Position numbers and translations under genes: made by a program. 64,000 bases of DNA from a virus. The notes beneath the pieces are model-generated. The model saw only the letters and a list, made by a program, of their open reading frames with translations, was not told the DNA's origin and made no database searches. The DNA lies in IMG/VR virus record IMGVR_UViG_3300044635_002180, positions 32,001 through 96,000 of that record; one strand, given 5' to 3'. Of this stretch, positions 62,244 through 64,000 are shown piece by piece (positions within the stretch are counted from its first letter, which is position 1; each line of letters opens with the position of its first letter).

Positions 62244-62738
62244 ATGGTTAACAATACTTTTGCCAAAGCTTTCAATGTAATTCTTGAACAAGATGCTCCA
62301 ACTGCGCCAGAAGCTGCAGGAAACGTAGCACCACCATCACCACAAGCTGGTATGGAAGGTGAAGCTGATGCATTAGGATCCTCTGGTATAGATCCAGCAG
62401 ATGCTCAGATTTTAAAACATGCAGCAGCGCGTGAGCTCAAAATGATTGAGTCTCTCAATGGTTGGATTACAGAGCTTGATAAAATGGTGGATTATCTCAA
62501 TGGCACAGATGCAAACTCCATTCAAATACAGCTCAAGAAAGCTGTGCCAGATACCATCTTTGATAAGATGCGCACTTCTGAAGCAAAGAAGATTGCTCGT
62601 GTAGCCAAAGAAATTTCTGCTCTTGCAGAAACATTCAAAGGTTATGCTGCAACCGCTGATAATCCTGCATACCGTTTCGTAGCTTGGTTTATTGGTGGCA
62701 TACTGCCAATAGCTGCTAGCCTACACAGCCTTGTATAA
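62244..62738 (+). CDS. hypothetical protein
   Basis: TAAATA-N5-ATG; N-terminal FAKAFNVILE. Confidence 0.7.
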   Translation: MVNNTFAKAFNVILEQDAPTAPEAAGNVAPPSPQAGMEGEADALGSSGIDPADAQILKHAAARELKMIESLNGWITELDKMVDYLNGTDANSIQIQLKKAVPDTIFDKMRTSEAKKIARVAKEISALAETFKGYAATADNPAYRFVAWFIGGILPIAASLHSLV

Positions 62739-62784
62739 GTGCCAATCCAACATATATATTTAAAGGTTGGGTATAAATATGTAT

Positions 62785-63636
62785 ATGACGATCATATACA
62801 GAACAAAGTGTCCTACTCTAGCTGGTCTTAATAAAGAAGAAGAAATCATTAAAGCATATCAAGATGGACTACCTATGCTCCAGCTTGAAAAGTTATATAA
62901 TACACATCGACAAGCTTTAAAACGAATACTCACACGGAATGGCATTGAGCTAAAAACGCGCAAAGAGATTAGAAACTCAAAACATTATACTGACAATTTT
63001 AAGCAGCGCAAATATAAAATATGTGATCTTAAAACTCAAGAGGATATCATAAAGATGTATTTGGATTATGACTCACCAGAAATTATAGCAAAAAAATATA
63101 ATGTCACTCCAAAAGCTATTAGATCACATCTCAAAAAGCATGGCATATCTCTTAGAACATCATCAGAATCTGCTCAACATGAAAAAACAAAAAAGCGCAA
63201 AGAGCAAACATGCATGGATCGTTTTGGTGTTCGTAATCCTTTGCAAGATGCAGATATACATGCAAAAATGTTAGAGTCTGCCCATAGATATAAAACACAT
63301 ACTATACAAGGTGTTGTTTTCGATAATGTACAGGGTTATGAGCCATATGCTTTAGATCACTTGGTATATGAAATGAATATGGACCCTAGTAATATTATAG
63401 CAGGCAGAATAGGGAAAGTACCTGTTATACATTATTCTCTCGATGGTACTAATCGTGTATATTTTCCAGATATATACGTTGAGCAGCAAAATTTGCTTAT
63501 AGAAGTAAAAAGTGAATATACTTTTAATATGAGCCGGGAAAAAAATTTAAAAAAACAAGAAGCTGCAAAAGGTGCTGGTTATGAACATAAAATATTCATA
63601 TTTGAAAACACGGGCAAGCTCGTAAGTATTATCTAA
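62785..63636 (+). mobile_element. free-standing PD-(D/E)XK putative homing endonuclease with HTH repeats
   Basis: Two HTH-like repeats, TCMDRFGVRNP, VQGYEP, YFPDIYV...LIEVKS; TATAAATA-N5-ATG at 62785. Confidence 0.75.
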
Positions 63637-64000
63637 ACTGCGGCCTAATTTGGTTAAATTTAATCTGGGCCTGCAAACCATTGTATGAGTTGTTGATGAT
63701 GAATTTTGCATCAATCTCATTTATATCCAGATGCATCACAACATCATTGAAGTCTTTAAATTTGGCTCCAATGAGTTCAGGCCAAATGAATACAGTCTGA
63801 TTCATCTGCATCAACTTTTGTGTCTTTTTGTAGCTTGCTTCATCCAACCATTGTGAGTCCAACACCCACACAATTTTGAAGAATTTGCAAAGCAGTTCCA
63901 TTTGCTCATGTTGCTTGTTGGAGAACAGCTGCAAACTATTCTCTTGAATGCCACCAACTGCAATTGAATTCTTTGTAAAAAAGGCATTGATGGGACCTTC
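63629..64000 (-). CDS. gp61: DNA primase C-terminal (TOPRIM) part, truncated by window edge
   Basis: Open frame from the edge: EGPINAFFTKNSIAVGG...WVLD...FIWP...KDFND...IINNSYNGLQA. Confidence 0.85.
   Translation of the reverse strand, partial: EGPINAFFTKNSIAVGGIQENSLQLFSNKQHEQMELLCKFFKIVWVLDSQWLDEASYKKTQKLMQMNQTVFIWPELIGAKFKDFNDVVMHLDINEIDAKFIINNSYNGLQAQIKFNQIRPQFR

Noticed and set aside
1-64000. Stop-codon reassignment
   Set aside because: Core genes are full length under the standard bacterial code
1-64000. tRNA or structured ncRNA genes
   Set aside because: Intergenic gaps are mostly under 80 bp and no cloverleaf or T-loop motif was seen

Overview
The whole window is a densely coding, AT-rich fragment of a large T4-like (contractile-tailed) phage genome. 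No host chromosome, rRNA, tRNA or CRISPR array is visible. It carries T4-type morphogenesis genes in scrambled order: gp6, 25, 53, 48, 26/51, 54, 19, 18, 3, 4, 14, 16, an intein-containing gp17, a hub and a tape-measure candidate. It also has replication genes (gp44 clamp loader, dUTPase, PD-(D/E)XK exonuclease, 3' end of gp61 primase), two free-standing endonucleases, and two large fibre/adhesin clusters. Accessory genes include an NDP-rhamnose pathway with a PQ-loop protein and two glycosyltransferase-like genes directly after a lectin protein with a mucin-like Thr/Ser tail. The main unexplained patterns are three. (1) About 30 genes have TAAATA 5-8 nt before the start codon and no room for a Shine-Dalgarno, which implies leaderless late expression. 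(2) There is a candidate virion-glycosylation system. (3) A GC-rich island encodes a TxT-ladder repeat protein. All family calls come from motif recognition by eye; no searches were run.
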